Below, piece after piece: positions 1-13,060 of a stretch of 64,000 nucleotides of DNA. Origin of the DNA: Thermovirgaceae bacterium (lineage in GTDB: Bacteria > Synergistota > Synergistia > Synergistales > Thermovirgaceae); the NCBI GenBank assembly GCA_040767805.1, contig JAXGNU010000003.1, positions 1 to 64,000 of the forward strand, written 5' to 3'. The translations under genes and the position numbers were made by a program. The notes beneath the pieces are model-generated. The model made no database searches. It was not told where the DNA came from and saw nothing but the letters and a program-made list of their open reading frames with translations. Each line of letters begins with the position of its first letter. Positions within the stretch are counted from its first letter, which is position 1.

Positions 1-27
1 AAACAACCACCAAGACCAATGAAAGGC

Positions 28-64
28 AGGGGGCGCGGGATCTCCCCCCGCGCCCCCTTTTCTC
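28..64. terminator. Intrinsic terminator hairpin downstream of the EF-G-like gene
   Basis: GGGGCGCGGG/CCCGCGCCCC inverted repeat followed by a T-run on +; lies just past the EF-G-like stop codon. Confidence 0.65.
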
Positions 65-86
65 TTTCAGCTTTTGGTAGGGCCGG

Positions 87-2168
87 CTATTCCTCGGCCT
101 CCTGGACCTCGGCCTCGGCGATGATCTTTTTAGCGATATCGTGGGGCACTTCCTCGTAGTGGGAGAGTTCCATGGTGAAATTGCCGCGGCCGGAGGTCAT
201 GGACCTCAAGATTATCGCGTACCGGAACATCTCGGCCAGGGGGACCTGGGCCTTAACGACCTGGAGCCTCCCCCGGCTGTCTATCCCCAAGATCTTGCCT
301 CTGCGGCTGTTGAAGTCCCCCATGACGTCCCCAAGGTAGTCCTCGGGCACCACCACTTCAACGTTCATTATGGGCTCCAGGAGTACGGGAGAAGCCTCGG
401 CCATGCCCTTTTTAAAAGCCAGGGAGGCCGCTATTTTGAAGGCCATCTCCGACGAGTCGACTTCATGGTATGAACCGAAGAAAAGGCTGGCCTTGAAATC
501 CACCGCCGGGTAACCGGCGAGGACCCCCTTGAGGAAGGCCTCGCGAAGCCCCTTCTCCACCGCGGGGATGTAAGATTTCGGGACCACTCCCCCGACGATT
601 TTATCCTCGAACTGGAATCCCTCACCGCGGACAAGGGGTGAGAATTCGATGTGAACATCACCGTATTGCCCCCTGCCGCCGGTCTGCTTCTTGTACTTGC
701 CCTGGGCCTTTGAGGACTTCTTTATGGTCTCCCGGTAGGGCACCTTGGGCGTCTCGGTGTCGAGCTCGACCCCGTACCGCTCCTTGATCTTGGAAAGCAT
801 GACGTCCAGGTGCAGGTCGCCCATGCCGGAGAGTATGCTGTCGTTCGTCTCGGGGTTCTTCTCGAAATGAAGGGTCTGGTCCTCTTCGAGCATCTTGTTC
901 AGGGCGTTGGCCAACTTGTCCTCGTCGGCCCTGCTCCTGGGCTTGACCGCTACGCTGAAAACAGGCTTGGGGAACTGGATGGCAGGGAATTCGAAGTTAA
1001 CTCCCTTGACGCCGAGGGTGTCTCCCACGACGGTGCTGTGCAGCTTCGGTATAGCCACGATGTCCCCCACCACCACTTCTTTCGCGTCCACCGATTCCTT
1101 GCCGCGCATGATCTTGAAAGCGCTGACCCTCTCGTCCTCCCCCCTGGACACGTTGTAAAGGGGGTTCTCGCTCGTGGCGGAACCCGAAAAGACCCTGATG
1201 AAGGAGAGTTTGCCCACGTAGGGGTCCACCATGACCTTAAAACAGAAGGCCGAAAATTTCCCCGCCGGGTCGGGCTCCACCATAACCTCATCGTCGCCCC
1301 GGAGTGCCTCCCTGGGATGCGCTTCCAGGGGGCTGGGGAACACCTCGGCTATGGCGTCGAGCAGCTGGCCGATCCCCACGTTGGGTGGGCTGGCTCCGGG
1401 GATCACCGGGAAGAGCGACCTTTCGCGGATAGAACACCTTAGCGCCGGGATCAGTTCCTCCGTGGAGAGCTGCTCCCCCTCCAGGTACCTCATCATCAGG
1501 TCGTCATCGGCCTCGACAATCCTCTCGATGAGGGTCTCTCTCGCGGCGGCAGCGTAATCTGCCATCTCCGGGGGGACGCCGGTCTCCTGGTACTCCTTAC
1601 CGCCGTCGCCCTTGTACATGAAAGCTTTCTGCCTCAACACGTCGACGATGCCTTTGAAAGCGGCCTCCTTGCCGACGGGGAGGAAAAGGGGGACCGCCTT
1701 TTCGGAGAGGTAGTCCTGGATCTCCTTGAGGGTCCTATCGAAATCCGCGTTCTCACGCTCCATCTTGCTTATGAAGAAAGCCATGGGCATCTTCATGTCC
1801 TCACCGAATTCCCAGGCCTTCTCGGTCTGCACCTCGACGCCGTGGACGCCGCTGATCACCACGATGGTGGAATCGACGACTCTCATGGAAGATCTCAGTT
1901 CACCTATGAAGTCCGCGTAACCGGGACAGTCAAGGAGATAGATCAGCTTGTCGGCGTGCTCTATCGTAAGAAGCGAGGAATTGATCGAGATCTGCCTCTT
2001 GTGCTCTTCGTTGCCAAAATCGCTTACCGTGTTGCCATCCTCCACCTTGCCCATCCTGGTGGTAAGACCCGTATCAAAGGCGATAGCTTCGGCCAGGGCG
2101 GTCTTGCCGGAACCGCCATGGCCTGCCAGGGCCACGGTCCGTGTTTTCCCAGGGTCACGAGCTGCCAT
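87..2168 (-). CDS. fusA: Elongation factor G (EF-G-like paralogue)
   Basis: 693 aa; GHGGSGKT P-loop, DCPGYADF, SGMGDLHL, PKVPYRETI, KQTGGRGQYG, HEVDSSEMAF motifs. Confidence 0.92.
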   Translation of the reverse strand: MAARDPGKTRTVALAGHGGSGKTALAEAIAFDTGLTTRMGKVEDGNTVSDFGNEEHKRQISINSSLLTIEHADKLIYLLDCPGYADFIGELRSSMRVVDSTIVVISGVHGVEVQTEKAWEFGEDMKMPMAFFISKMERENADFDRTLKEIQDYLSEKAVPLFLPVGKEAAFKGIVDVLRQKAFMYKGDGGKEYQETGVPPEMADYAAAARETLIERIVEADDDLMMRYLEGEQLSTEELIPALRCSIRERSLFPVIPGASPPNVGIGQLLDAIAEVFPSPLEAHPREALRGDDEVMVEPDPAGKFSAFCFKVMVDPYVGKLSFIRVFSGSATSENPLYNVSRGEDERVSAFKIMRGKESVDAKEVVVGDIVAIPKLHSTVVGDTLGVKGVNFEFPAIQFPKPVFSVAVKPRSRADEDKLANALNKMLEEDQTLHFEKNPETNDSILSGMGDLHLDVMLSKIKERYGVELDTETPKVPYRETIKKSSKAQGKYKKQTGGRGQYGDVHIEFSPLVRGEGFQFEDKIVGGVVPKSYIPAVEKGLREAFLKGVLAGYPAVDFKASLFFGSYHEVDSSEMAFKIAASLAFKKGMAEASPVLLEPIMNVEVVVPEDYLGDVMGDFNSRRGKILGIDSRGRLQVVKAQVPLAEMFRYAIILRSMTSGRGNFTMELSHYEEVPHDIAKKIIAEAEVQEAEE

Positions 2169-2266
2169 TTAACGATACCTCCCTCAAGTGAGAAACAAAA
2201 TTGATACATCCTTCCGGCTTCATGTCGAAAAGAGTTTTTTCAACGGCTCCCTAGCACGCAGGAATA

Positions 2267-2295
2267 ATCTTAAGTGGCAAGGACCGGGCCGTCAA
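2267..2295 (-). promoter_or_regulatory. Putative sigma70 promoter of the EF-G-like gene
   Basis: TTGACG-17 nt-TAAGAT on the minus strand. Confidence 0.5.
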
Positions 2296-2313
2296 TGAGC
2301 GCCAAGGGCCCTT

Positions 2314-3798
2314 TCACTCCCTGAGTCCTTTCAACCGATCAAGCTCACCGTCGATCGCGGCCGACACATCTTCAACGGGGGCCTGTCCCCTGATCTCCCT
2401 CATGACAAGTCCCTGCAGGTATTTTCTTTTCTTTCCCGAGGAGTCCGACCCGGAAAGGACCAGGGCCGTCTCTTCCGGGTGGCCCTCCAGGACTCCCCTG
2501 ACGGCTTCGGTCAGCAGGTCACCCTTGATTCCCCCGGGTACAATCCCGGTTTTTCTCATCGCTTCTTCAAGCCCCAAACCCCCGCGACCCATGATTTCCA
2601 GCACGTCCCGGGCGGCCGTATGGGACAAGGACCCCTCGTCGACCTTCGCAAGAAGGACCCCCAGGGATCGTGGGGTGAAGGGCAGCGCCCCCGCCTCGAG
2701 GCCGGTTTCGTTGAGGATCCTGAGGACCTCGGTCTTTACCCAGTTGGCCGCCGATGCCCTGCTCGCGCCCTGGGCGACGGTCTCTTCCAGGAACTCGGCC
2801 AGGTCGAGCCGTTCCGATAGGGTTGCCGAGTCCTCGGGGCTCAGACCCCATTCGGCCTGGAAGCGCTCCCTTTTCTCCCAGGGGAGTTCCGGGAGGTCCC
2901 TTTCGACGGCGCGGACAAAACCGTCATCGATGACCAGGGGGGGGAGGTCCGGCTCGGGAAAGTAGCGGTAATCCTGGGCCTCTTCCTTACCCCTCGTGCC
3001 CCTGGTCGTACCTTTCGAGTCATCCCAGTGGCGTGTTTCCCGGTGGACCTGCCCCCCTGACAGCAGTATTTCCCTCTGGCGGGAAATCTCATATTCGAGG
3101 GCTCTCTCCATGGCCCGGACCGAGTTGACGTTTTTGACCTCAACCCTGCCGCCCAGCCTCCCGTCGGGGCACTTCTGGGAGACGTTGACATCGACCCTGA
3201 GGGAGCCCGATTCCATGTCGCCGTCGGAGGCGCCCAGGTACCTCACAAGCCGCCTTAAGGACAGGACGTACTCCCTGGCCTCCATCGGGGTGGACATGTC
3301 CGGTTCGGAGACTATCTCCGCGAGGGGTATCCCCGCCCGATTGTAATCAACCCGGGTAAGGGAGGCGCCGGAAAGCCTGCCGTCGGGGGTCCCATGGACC
3401 AACTTGCCCGCGTCCTCCTCGAGGTGGAGCCGCGTGACGCCCACGGTTTTTTTCAGCCCTCCTATGAAGATGGGCATGGCGCCCTTTTCGGCCAGGGGCA
3501 GCCCTAACTGGCTTACCTGGAAGGCCTTGGGGAGGTCGGGGTAAAAATAGTGCTTCCTGTCGAACCTGGATATCCTCGAAACGGAACAGCCCAGGGCGAG
3601 GGCGATCTTCACCCCGAGTTGAACGGCCCTGGCGTTGAGCGAGGGGAGTGACCCGGGGAGGCCCAGGCAAACGGGACAGACGAAGGTGTTGGGCTCGCGC
3701 CCGATGTAGACGGTCGGGCAGGGACAAAAGAGCTTCGAATTCGTTGATAGTTGAACGTGTACCTCCAGGCCTATGACGGTTTCAAAAGCAGGGACCAT
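2314..3798 (-). CDS. gatB: Asp-tRNA(Asn)/Glu-tRNA(Gln) amidotransferase subunit B
   Basis: IGLEVHVQL, RKHYFYPDLPK, HLEEDAGK, DYRYFPEPDL; start at ATG 3798 overlaps the gatA stop (TGATG). Confidence 0.96.
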   Translation of the reverse strand: MVPAFETVIGLEVHVQLSTNSKLFCPCPTVYIGREPNTFVCPVCLGLPGSLPSLNARAVQLGVKIALALGCSVSRISRFDRKHYFYPDLPKAFQVSQLGLPLAEKGAMPIFIGGLKKTVGVTRLHLEEDAGKLVHGTPDGRLSGASLTRVDYNRAGIPLAEIVSEPDMSTPMEAREYVLSLRRLVRYLGASDGDMESGSLRVDVNVSQKCPDGRLGGRVEVKNVNSVRAMERALEYEISRQREILLSGGQVHRETRHWDDSKGTTRGTRGKEEAQDYRYFPEPDLPPLVIDDGFVRAVERDLPELPWEKRERFQAEWGLSPEDSATLSERLDLAEFLEETVAQGASRASAANWVKTEVLRILNETGLEAGALPFTPRSLGVLLAKVDEGSLSHTAARDVLEIMGRGGLGLEEAMRKTGIVPGGIKGDLLTEAVRGVLEGHPEETALVLSGSDSSGKKRKYLQGLVMREIRGQAPVEDVSAAIDGELDRLKGLRE

Positions 3799-5267
3799 CA
3801 AAAACACCCCCCGGCGGCAACAGGGGGACGCCCGAACTTTTCCTCGATCACGGCGGCGCATTCTATAAGCCTTTGATCCTGCCAACGAGGGGCCACTATC
3901 TGTACGCTCGTCGGCAAGCCGGACCTTTCCAGCCCGGTGAAGACCGTCATGCCGGGGAGCCCCGCGAGATTCACCGGCAGCGTGAAGAGATCGCTTTTGT
4001 ACATCCCGACGGGATCATCGTCGAAATCACCTTTCCTGAAGGGAAGGGACGGTACGGTCGGCATGAGTATCACGTCGACGGAAGCGAAGGCCCGGTCGAA
4101 CTCGGCACAGATCTTTTTTCTCACCTTCAGCGCCGTCGCGTAGAAGGCATCGTAGTAGCCGGAACTGAGAACAAAGGAACCCGTGAGGATCCTTCTTTTT
4201 ACCTCGTCACCAAAGCCGACATTCCTGGTTAAGAATAACTGGGAGACGAAGTCCGGCGCGTCCATCCTGAGGCCGTACCTGGTCCCGTCGAACCGCGCAA
4301 GGTTTGAACTCGCTTCGGCCGGGGAAATAATATAGTAGCAGGGCAACCCGAAGGCCACCGACTCCTCGAGGGTGACCTCAGCCAGGGCGCAACCCGACTC
4401 CCCAAGCGCCAGGGCCGCGTCCTCGATGGCCTTGGTGAGGGGTTGTTCAAGGGAGCCTTCCCGGAACTCGCGGACGACACCGATCCGCATCCCCTTTATG
4501 GAAGGGTTCAGGGCCCCTTCGATAAACCTGGGGCGTTCTCCCTCCCTGCTGGTGGAGTCCCGAGGATCGCAGCCGTAAATTACGTCCATCGTGAGGGCCA
4601 TATCGACGACGCTCCTGGAGAAAGGCCCTACTTGGTCGAGGGAGGACGCGAAGGCGACCAGGCCCCAGCGGCTGACGGAGCCATAGGTGGGTTTGAAGCC
4701 GTGGACCCCGCAGAAGGCCGCCGGCTGGCGGATGGATCCACCGGTGTCGCTGCCAAGAGCGATGGGGACGTACCCGGCCGCGACCGATGCGGCGCTCCCC
4801 CCTGAACTACCGCCCGGCACCCTGGAGGGGTCCCGTGGGTTCGACACGGGGCCGAAGCGGGAGTGCTCGGAGGAACTGCCCATGGCGAACTCGTCCATGT
4901 TGGACTTCCCCACTATGACAGCGCCCGCTCCCTGCAGCATCTCTACCACGGCGGCATCGTAAGGGGGCTTCCAGTTTTCCAGCATCCTGCTCCCGCAAGT
5001 GGTCCTGACGCCCCGGGTGCACAGGTTGTCCTTCACGACGACCGGTACCCCCGCCAGCGGGCCCGGGTCGCTCCCAGAGGCGACTAGGCCGTCGATGCGG
5101 GCGGCCCTCTCGCGGGCCTGGTCCCCCAAGACGGTTATAAGGGCGTTCAGACGTGATTCCTGGGCGGTGATCCTCTCCAGCGAGGCCGACACGACTTCCG
5201 CCGCCGAACATTCGCGACCCGCGACGGCGGAGGCAATGGCGGCGGCACCCATGGGCTCACGACTCAT
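3798..5267 (-). CDS. gatA: Amidotransferase subunit A
   Basis: Amidase signature GGSSGGSAA, GSDTGGSIRQPA, SSNLARFDG; lies between gatC and gatB. Confidence 0.96.
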   Translation of the reverse strand: MSREPMGAAAIASAVAGRECSAAEVVSASLERITAQESRLNALITVLGDQARERAARIDGLVASGSDPGPLAGVPVVVKDNLCTRGVRTTCGSRMLENWKPPYDAAVVEMLQGAGAVIVGKSNMDEFAMGSSSEHSRFGPVSNPRDPSRVPGGSSGGSAASVAAGYVPIALGSDTGGSIRQPAAFCGVHGFKPTYGSVSRWGLVAFASSLDQVGPFSRSVVDMALTMDVIYGCDPRDSTSREGERPRFIEGALNPSIKGMRIGVVREFREGSLEQPLTKAIEDAALALGESGCALAEVTLEESVAFGLPCYYIISPAEASSNLARFDGTRYGLRMDAPDFVSQLFLTRNVGFGDEVKRRILTGSFVLSSGYYDAFYATALKVRKKICAEFDRAFASVDVILMPTVPSLPFRKGDFDDDPVGMYKSDLFTLPVNLAGLPGMTVFTGLERSGLPTSVQIVAPRWQDQRLIECAAVIEEKFGRPPVAAGGCF

Positions 5268-5565
5268 CGGGGACCCCCGCTCCGCTGATCGGAGGGACGA
5301 TGAAAAACGGGCCTTCTCTCAAAGTACCGGCCTCGAGGGCCTCGTCCCTGTTTTCCCAGCGTACCGGTTCATCGCCCCTGAGGGGGCAGGGAGAACCATC
5401 GGGGTCGAAAAAGGGGTCCGTACCCTCGACGTCGCACTTCTCAAGGCCTTGGAAGTGCCCGATCAACGCCCTGAAAAATTCGACCATGGCTTCGGTCTTT
5501 TCATCATCTATTTCGATCCCCGATAGGACCGCTACCCTTTTTACGATCTTGCCGTCGATCACCAT
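5257..5565 (-). CDS. gatC: Amidotransferase subunit C
   Basis: About 102 aa directly upstream of gatA; DVEGTDP..LRGDEP..FFIVP pattern. Confidence 0.85.
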   Translation of the reverse strand: MVIDGKIVKRVAVLSGIEIDDEKTEAMVEFFRALIGHFQGLEKCDVEGTDPFFDPDGSPCPLRGDEPVRWENRDEALEAGTLREGPFFIVPPISGAGVPDES

Positions 5566-5566
5566 G

Positions 5567-9142
<3,576 letters not shown>

Positions 9143-9165
<23 letters not shown>

Positions 9166-10138
9166 AAGGCTCGCCCCTTTCAGGTGATGATCTGAACTCC
9201 TCGAAGGCCTCGCTCATCCCGCGCCAGTCAGAGGTCCCGGATAGGGTCTTCCTGAACCGCGAAGCTCCGCTAAACTCTCTAAACATACCCGAGAGTAAGC
9301 GCTTGAGCAAGACGACGGCCGCTTTTTCCCCCTCTTCCCGGAGCATCCTCTCTCCCAGGGAGGTCACCAGGTCCACCCTGGAACCGGTTGTGGGCGCCAG
9401 CAACCGCTCATCCACGGGAAAACCGCAACAGTGGAGGGTCGTCGGTATCAGGAAGGGATCCTTCAGGGCTCCCCTGGCGATGAAAACGGCCGAACAGCCT
9501 TCATCAAACAATCCCAGGGCATCGTCGGCCGAAAAAATATCGCCGCTGGCGGCTATCATACCGGGGAAGGCCTTGGCGGAGCGGATGATAGCGCTTCTAT
9601 CCGCCCGGCCTCCGTACTTCTGAGCGGGCGTTCGACCGTGGATACAGACATTAGAGGCGCCCGCCTCCAGCAGCATCCCCGAAAAAGAAAGGGTATCCAT
9701 GTAGGAGGCGGGAGGCGACTTCCTGGTCTTCACCCATACGGGAAGTCCTAGGGGTGTCAGGGCCCTGACCATGGCGGCCGCGGTCTCGGGCCGTTCCAGG
9801 AGGCTCGAACCCGCACCCTTTCTTGTCACCTTCGGCATGGGACAGGCCATGTTGATGCTTATGGCGTCAAAGGAGGAACAACTCAAAGCCCTCCGGGCGC
9901 CTTCATAAAGGGTCGCCTCGTCCGGCGCGAAGAGCTGGAGGGCCAGGGGATTCTCCCCTTCGATCGTATTGAGCATGGAGAAGGTTTTTCGGCTTCCATG
10001 GACGAGCCCGGCACAGCTGATCATCTCGGTGTGGGTCAGACCGGCCCCCATACTTTTGAAAAAGAGCCTGACCGAAGGGGTCGTTATACCCGCCAGGGGA
10101 GCCAGCCAGACGGGGTTTTCCACAATCACCCCGCCCAC
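9143..10138 (-). CDS. dusB: tRNA-dihydrouridine synthase (DusB-like)
   Basis: LAPLAG, INMACPMPKV, IHGRT motifs. Confidence 0.85.
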
Positions 10139-10172
10139 CCGGGCTGGGAAAGATCCGGCATCGAAAGAGATC

Positions 10173-10943
10173 TCAGATCACACCCCTATTCCTCTCGTAG
10201 ACCATTCTCAAGCCTTCAAGGGTCAGCCACGGTTCGACCGTGGTGATCGTTCGTGATATGGGCGCTATTATATCGGCTTGCCCCCCGGTGGCGATGGCCT
10301 TGGCCTCTTCTCCCAGTTCATCCCTTATCCTCTCCACCAGGGAATCCACCATCCCCGCGAAGCCGTAAAGGAAACCGGACTGCATGGAATCCCTGGTATT
10401 CCTCCCGATGACGCTTTCGGGCAGGTCAAAGGACACCTTGGGCAACTTCGCCGCCTTCCCGAAAAGGGCCTCCATGCTGACCACCAGGCCCGGCGCTATG
10501 GCCCCCCCGAGGTACTCGCCGCGGGGCGAAATGGCATCCACCGTGATGGCCGTCCCGAAGTCGACGACCAGCAGGGGAGGGCCGTAAAGCTCTATGCCGG
10601 CGAGGGCGTTGACCAGGCGGTCGGCTCCCACTTCGGAGATGTTTTCATACAAAACGGGTATGCCGAAATCCGAACGGTTGGTGACCTTGAGGCATTCCAC
10701 CGAGAGGTAGCGCCGGATGCACTCCTCCCAGGGGGCGTCGAGAGGGGGTACCACGCTGCAAAGGGCGGCCCCGGATACTTCTGCCGGCCTTATCCCGGCA
10801 AGGGACAGCAGGTTGAAAAGGCAGATCGCCAGTTCATCGGAGGTATGCCTCTCGGAGACGAGCCTCCAGCGCTGGACCAGTTTTTCTCCGTCGGTAACCC
10901 CGAGGACGGTGTTGGTGTTCCCAATATCGACGACCAGGAGCAT
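10173..10943 (-). CDS. coaX: Type III pantothenate kinase
   Basis: VDIGNTN, GADR, VDFGTA, GGAIAPG, IATGG. Confidence 0.95.
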   Translation of the reverse strand: MLLVVDIGNTNTVLGVTDGEKLVQRWRLVSERHTSDELAICLFNLLSLAGIRPAEVSGAALCSVVPPLDAPWEECIRRYLSVECLKVTNRSDFGIPVLYENISEVGADRLVNALAGIELYGPPLLVVDFGTAITVDAISPRGEYLGGAIAPGLVVSMEALFGKAAKLPKVSFDLPESVIGRNTRDSMQSGFLYGFAGMVDSLVERIRDELGEEAKAIATGGQADIIAPISRTITTVEPWLTLEGLRMVYERNRGVI

Positions 10944-10985
10944 AATACCACCTCCGGAAGAAGTGCCGCTTGGCTTGGCCCCTTT

Positions 10986-12389
10986 CTAGAGCAAAGCCAG
11001 GAATAAGGCAATAGGGACCGCGAAAAGGGCCGCGTGAAGCCTGCGAAATCCCAGGCCGGCGAGGACCAGGTAAGCCGTCAGGGCTACCCCGGAAAGGGAG
11101 AGCAGGCCGGAATAGGGAGCTTCCCAGGGCACCAGCGAAGCGGTCAGGTCCGCGAACTTCCCCCAGGCATAATAAAGGCCCTCCCCAGCTTCAGCCAGGA
11201 ACCAGCCTCCGGGTATACCCGCCAGGGACGGGACCGCGAGGAAAAAGGACAGGGGTAAAAGGACGGTGAAAACCGGGACGGCCAGGAAATTTATGATCAT
11301 GCCGGCGACCGGCACTGAGCCGAAAACCCCCGTCACCATTCCAGCGGTGGCAAACCAGAGCAGGATCGGCGACGCCATCCGGCCGCCTTTCCCTCCACCA
11401 CTGAAAAGGCAGGAAAGGATCAGCGCCGCCGTCATTGAAAGCCTCCACCCCAGGTCCCAGAAGAACCAGGGGCGCCAGAAGAGCAGGAACAACCCCGCTA
11501 CCGAGACAGCGTTCAGCGTCGAATAAGGTCTCCCCAGCCATCTCCCGATGAAACCGGCCTGGATCATGAGGGCGGCCCTCAGGGCGCTGGCCGAGGCCCC
11601 CGCGCAAAGTACATAGATCCACATGACCAGCGACGCTGCCGGTATCCTGAAGGGGCCCGCGGGAATAAGGAGGAAGATGACCAGGACAACCATGCCCGTA
11701 TGAAGGCCTGAGACCGCCAAGAGGTGAGAGGTGCCCCACGCGGAGTGCCTCTCCGCCAGGTCCGGGTCCCTCCCGCCGAGAAGGGCCGCAAGGAGATGGC
11801 CCCTCATCAGCGGGGGCAAGTTCATCAGAATCCTTTCCCTCAGGGCCCTCCTGAGACCCAGGACTCCGGCCCGGCTTTCTCCGATCAACTGGACATCGGG
11901 GCGCCTGATCTTGCCGACGGCGCCCTTGGCCTTCCAGAACCTGGCTTCGTCGAAGTCCCCTTCCTTCGTTGCCTTTTCCAGGGCTTGGGCCACCCCGTCG
12001 ACCTGGACCCGATCGCCCTCCAGGAACAGGGAGGAGGGCGGCAAGTGCGCCACGTACTTGCCACCCGGGGTGTCGACGAGGATTACTCTTCCCCTCCCCC
12101 ATGGCCTTTCATAGAGCACCGTCCCCGCGGAAGAAAGATGAAAGGGCTCGCTATCTTCCCGGTGGACGCGGGGGATGAGTGTCACCGCGCCGGCGAGGGT
12201 GAAAAGGACCACCAACAGGAAGACCGCGGCGCCACCCGGTGGGATCCCGTCGAGGGAACCGGCCAGCACGATAAACATGGCGGCCAAAAGCGCCGCCCCG
12301 AGCGAGACCGGAAGAGGGGCTCCCTTCGCGTCAAGGAAGAGAAGAAGGCAGTTGGCCGCGAGCGCCACGAAGGCCGGCGCCCCGGCCAA
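10986..12389 (-). CDS. comEC: ComEC/Rec2 family competence membrane protein
   Basis: GTSHLLAVSGLH, ASALRAALM, multiple hydrophobic segments; adjacent to comEA. Confidence 0.85.
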   Translation of the reverse strand: MAGAPAFVALAANCLLLFLDAKGAPLPVSLGAALLAAMFIVLAGSLDGIPPGGAAVFLLVVLFTLAGAVTLIPRVHREDSEPFHLSSAGTVLYERPWGRGRVILVDTPGGKYVAHLPPSSLFLEGDRVQVDGVAQALEKATKEGDFDEARFWKAKGAVGKIRRPDVQLIGESRAGVLGLRRALRERILMNLPPLMRGHLLAALLGGRDPDLAERHSAWGTSHLLAVSGLHTGMVVLVIFLLIPAGPFRIPAASLVMWIYVLCAGASASALRAALMIQAGFIGRWLGRPYSTLNAVSVAGLFLLFWRPWFFWDLGWRLSMTAALILSCLFSGGGKGGRMASPILLWFATAGMVTGVFGSVPVAGMIINFLAVPVFTVLLPLSFFLAVPSLAGIPGGWFLAEAGEGLYYAWGKFADLTASLVPWEAPYSGLLSLSGVALTAYLVLAGLGFRRLHAALFAVPIALFLALL

Positions 12390-12394
12390 AGGGC

Positions 12395-13060
12395 CTAGGG
12401 GGATACCGTTACCAGGTCCCTGATCGCCGACAGTTTCTTTTCCCCTATTCCCTTCACTGAAAGGAGATCCTCCACGCTGGAAAATCTTCCCCGCTCCTCT
12501 CTGTGCCTGATGATCTCCCCGGCAAGCTTGGGCCCGATGCCGGGGAGTGATTCCAAGGCGGCGGCGCCGGCCTTGTTAATATCGATGAGGCCGACGGGAT
12601 GCCCCTGGGAACCACCGCCTTGGTAGACGGGGGGGGGACCCGGGGCATCGCCTTTACGCGGGACATGGACATGGATCCCGTCAAAAAGGGGGGACGCCAT
12701 GTTGAAGGCCTCCGGATCGGCTTCGGCACTGAGACCCCCGGCTTGCTCGACCGCCTGGTAAACCCTGGTCCCGCCGGGGAGCCTGTAGACGCCCGGCCTC
12801 ATGACGGCTCCCGTGATATAAATTACCCATCGGTCTTCCAGGGGGTCTTCCCCGGGTTGACCCGGCCTGGGGATATCCGCCGGGGGCGAGGCACCCGTCG
12901 TGGAGAGGGGGGCAGGTCCTGCCACCTGGCCCGAGGGCTTACTGTCCCATCGGCCCGAGAATAACGAAACCAGCAACCCCGCCAGGACCAGGCACGCGAT
13001 CCCTCCCGCCAGAAGGAACAAACCTCGCCTAGTGCTGGGGATCTCCATGGGACCCTTCAC
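12395..13060 (-). CDS. comEA: ComEA DNA-binding protein (SLBB plus HhH)
   Basis: N-terminal TM, ITGAVMRPGVY, IDINKA..LPGIGP..VKGIG. Confidence 0.9.
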   Translation of the reverse strand: MKGPMEIPSTRRGLFLLAGGIACLVLAGLLVSLFSGRWDSKPSGQVAGPAPLSTTGASPPADIPRPGQPGEDPLEDRWVIYITGAVMRPGVYRLPGGTRVYQAVEQAGGLSAEADPEAFNMASPLFDGIHVHVPRKGDAPGPPPVYQGGGSQGHPVGLIDINKAGAAALESLPGIGPKLAGEIIRHREERGRFSSVEDLLSVKGIGEKKLSAIRDLVTVSP

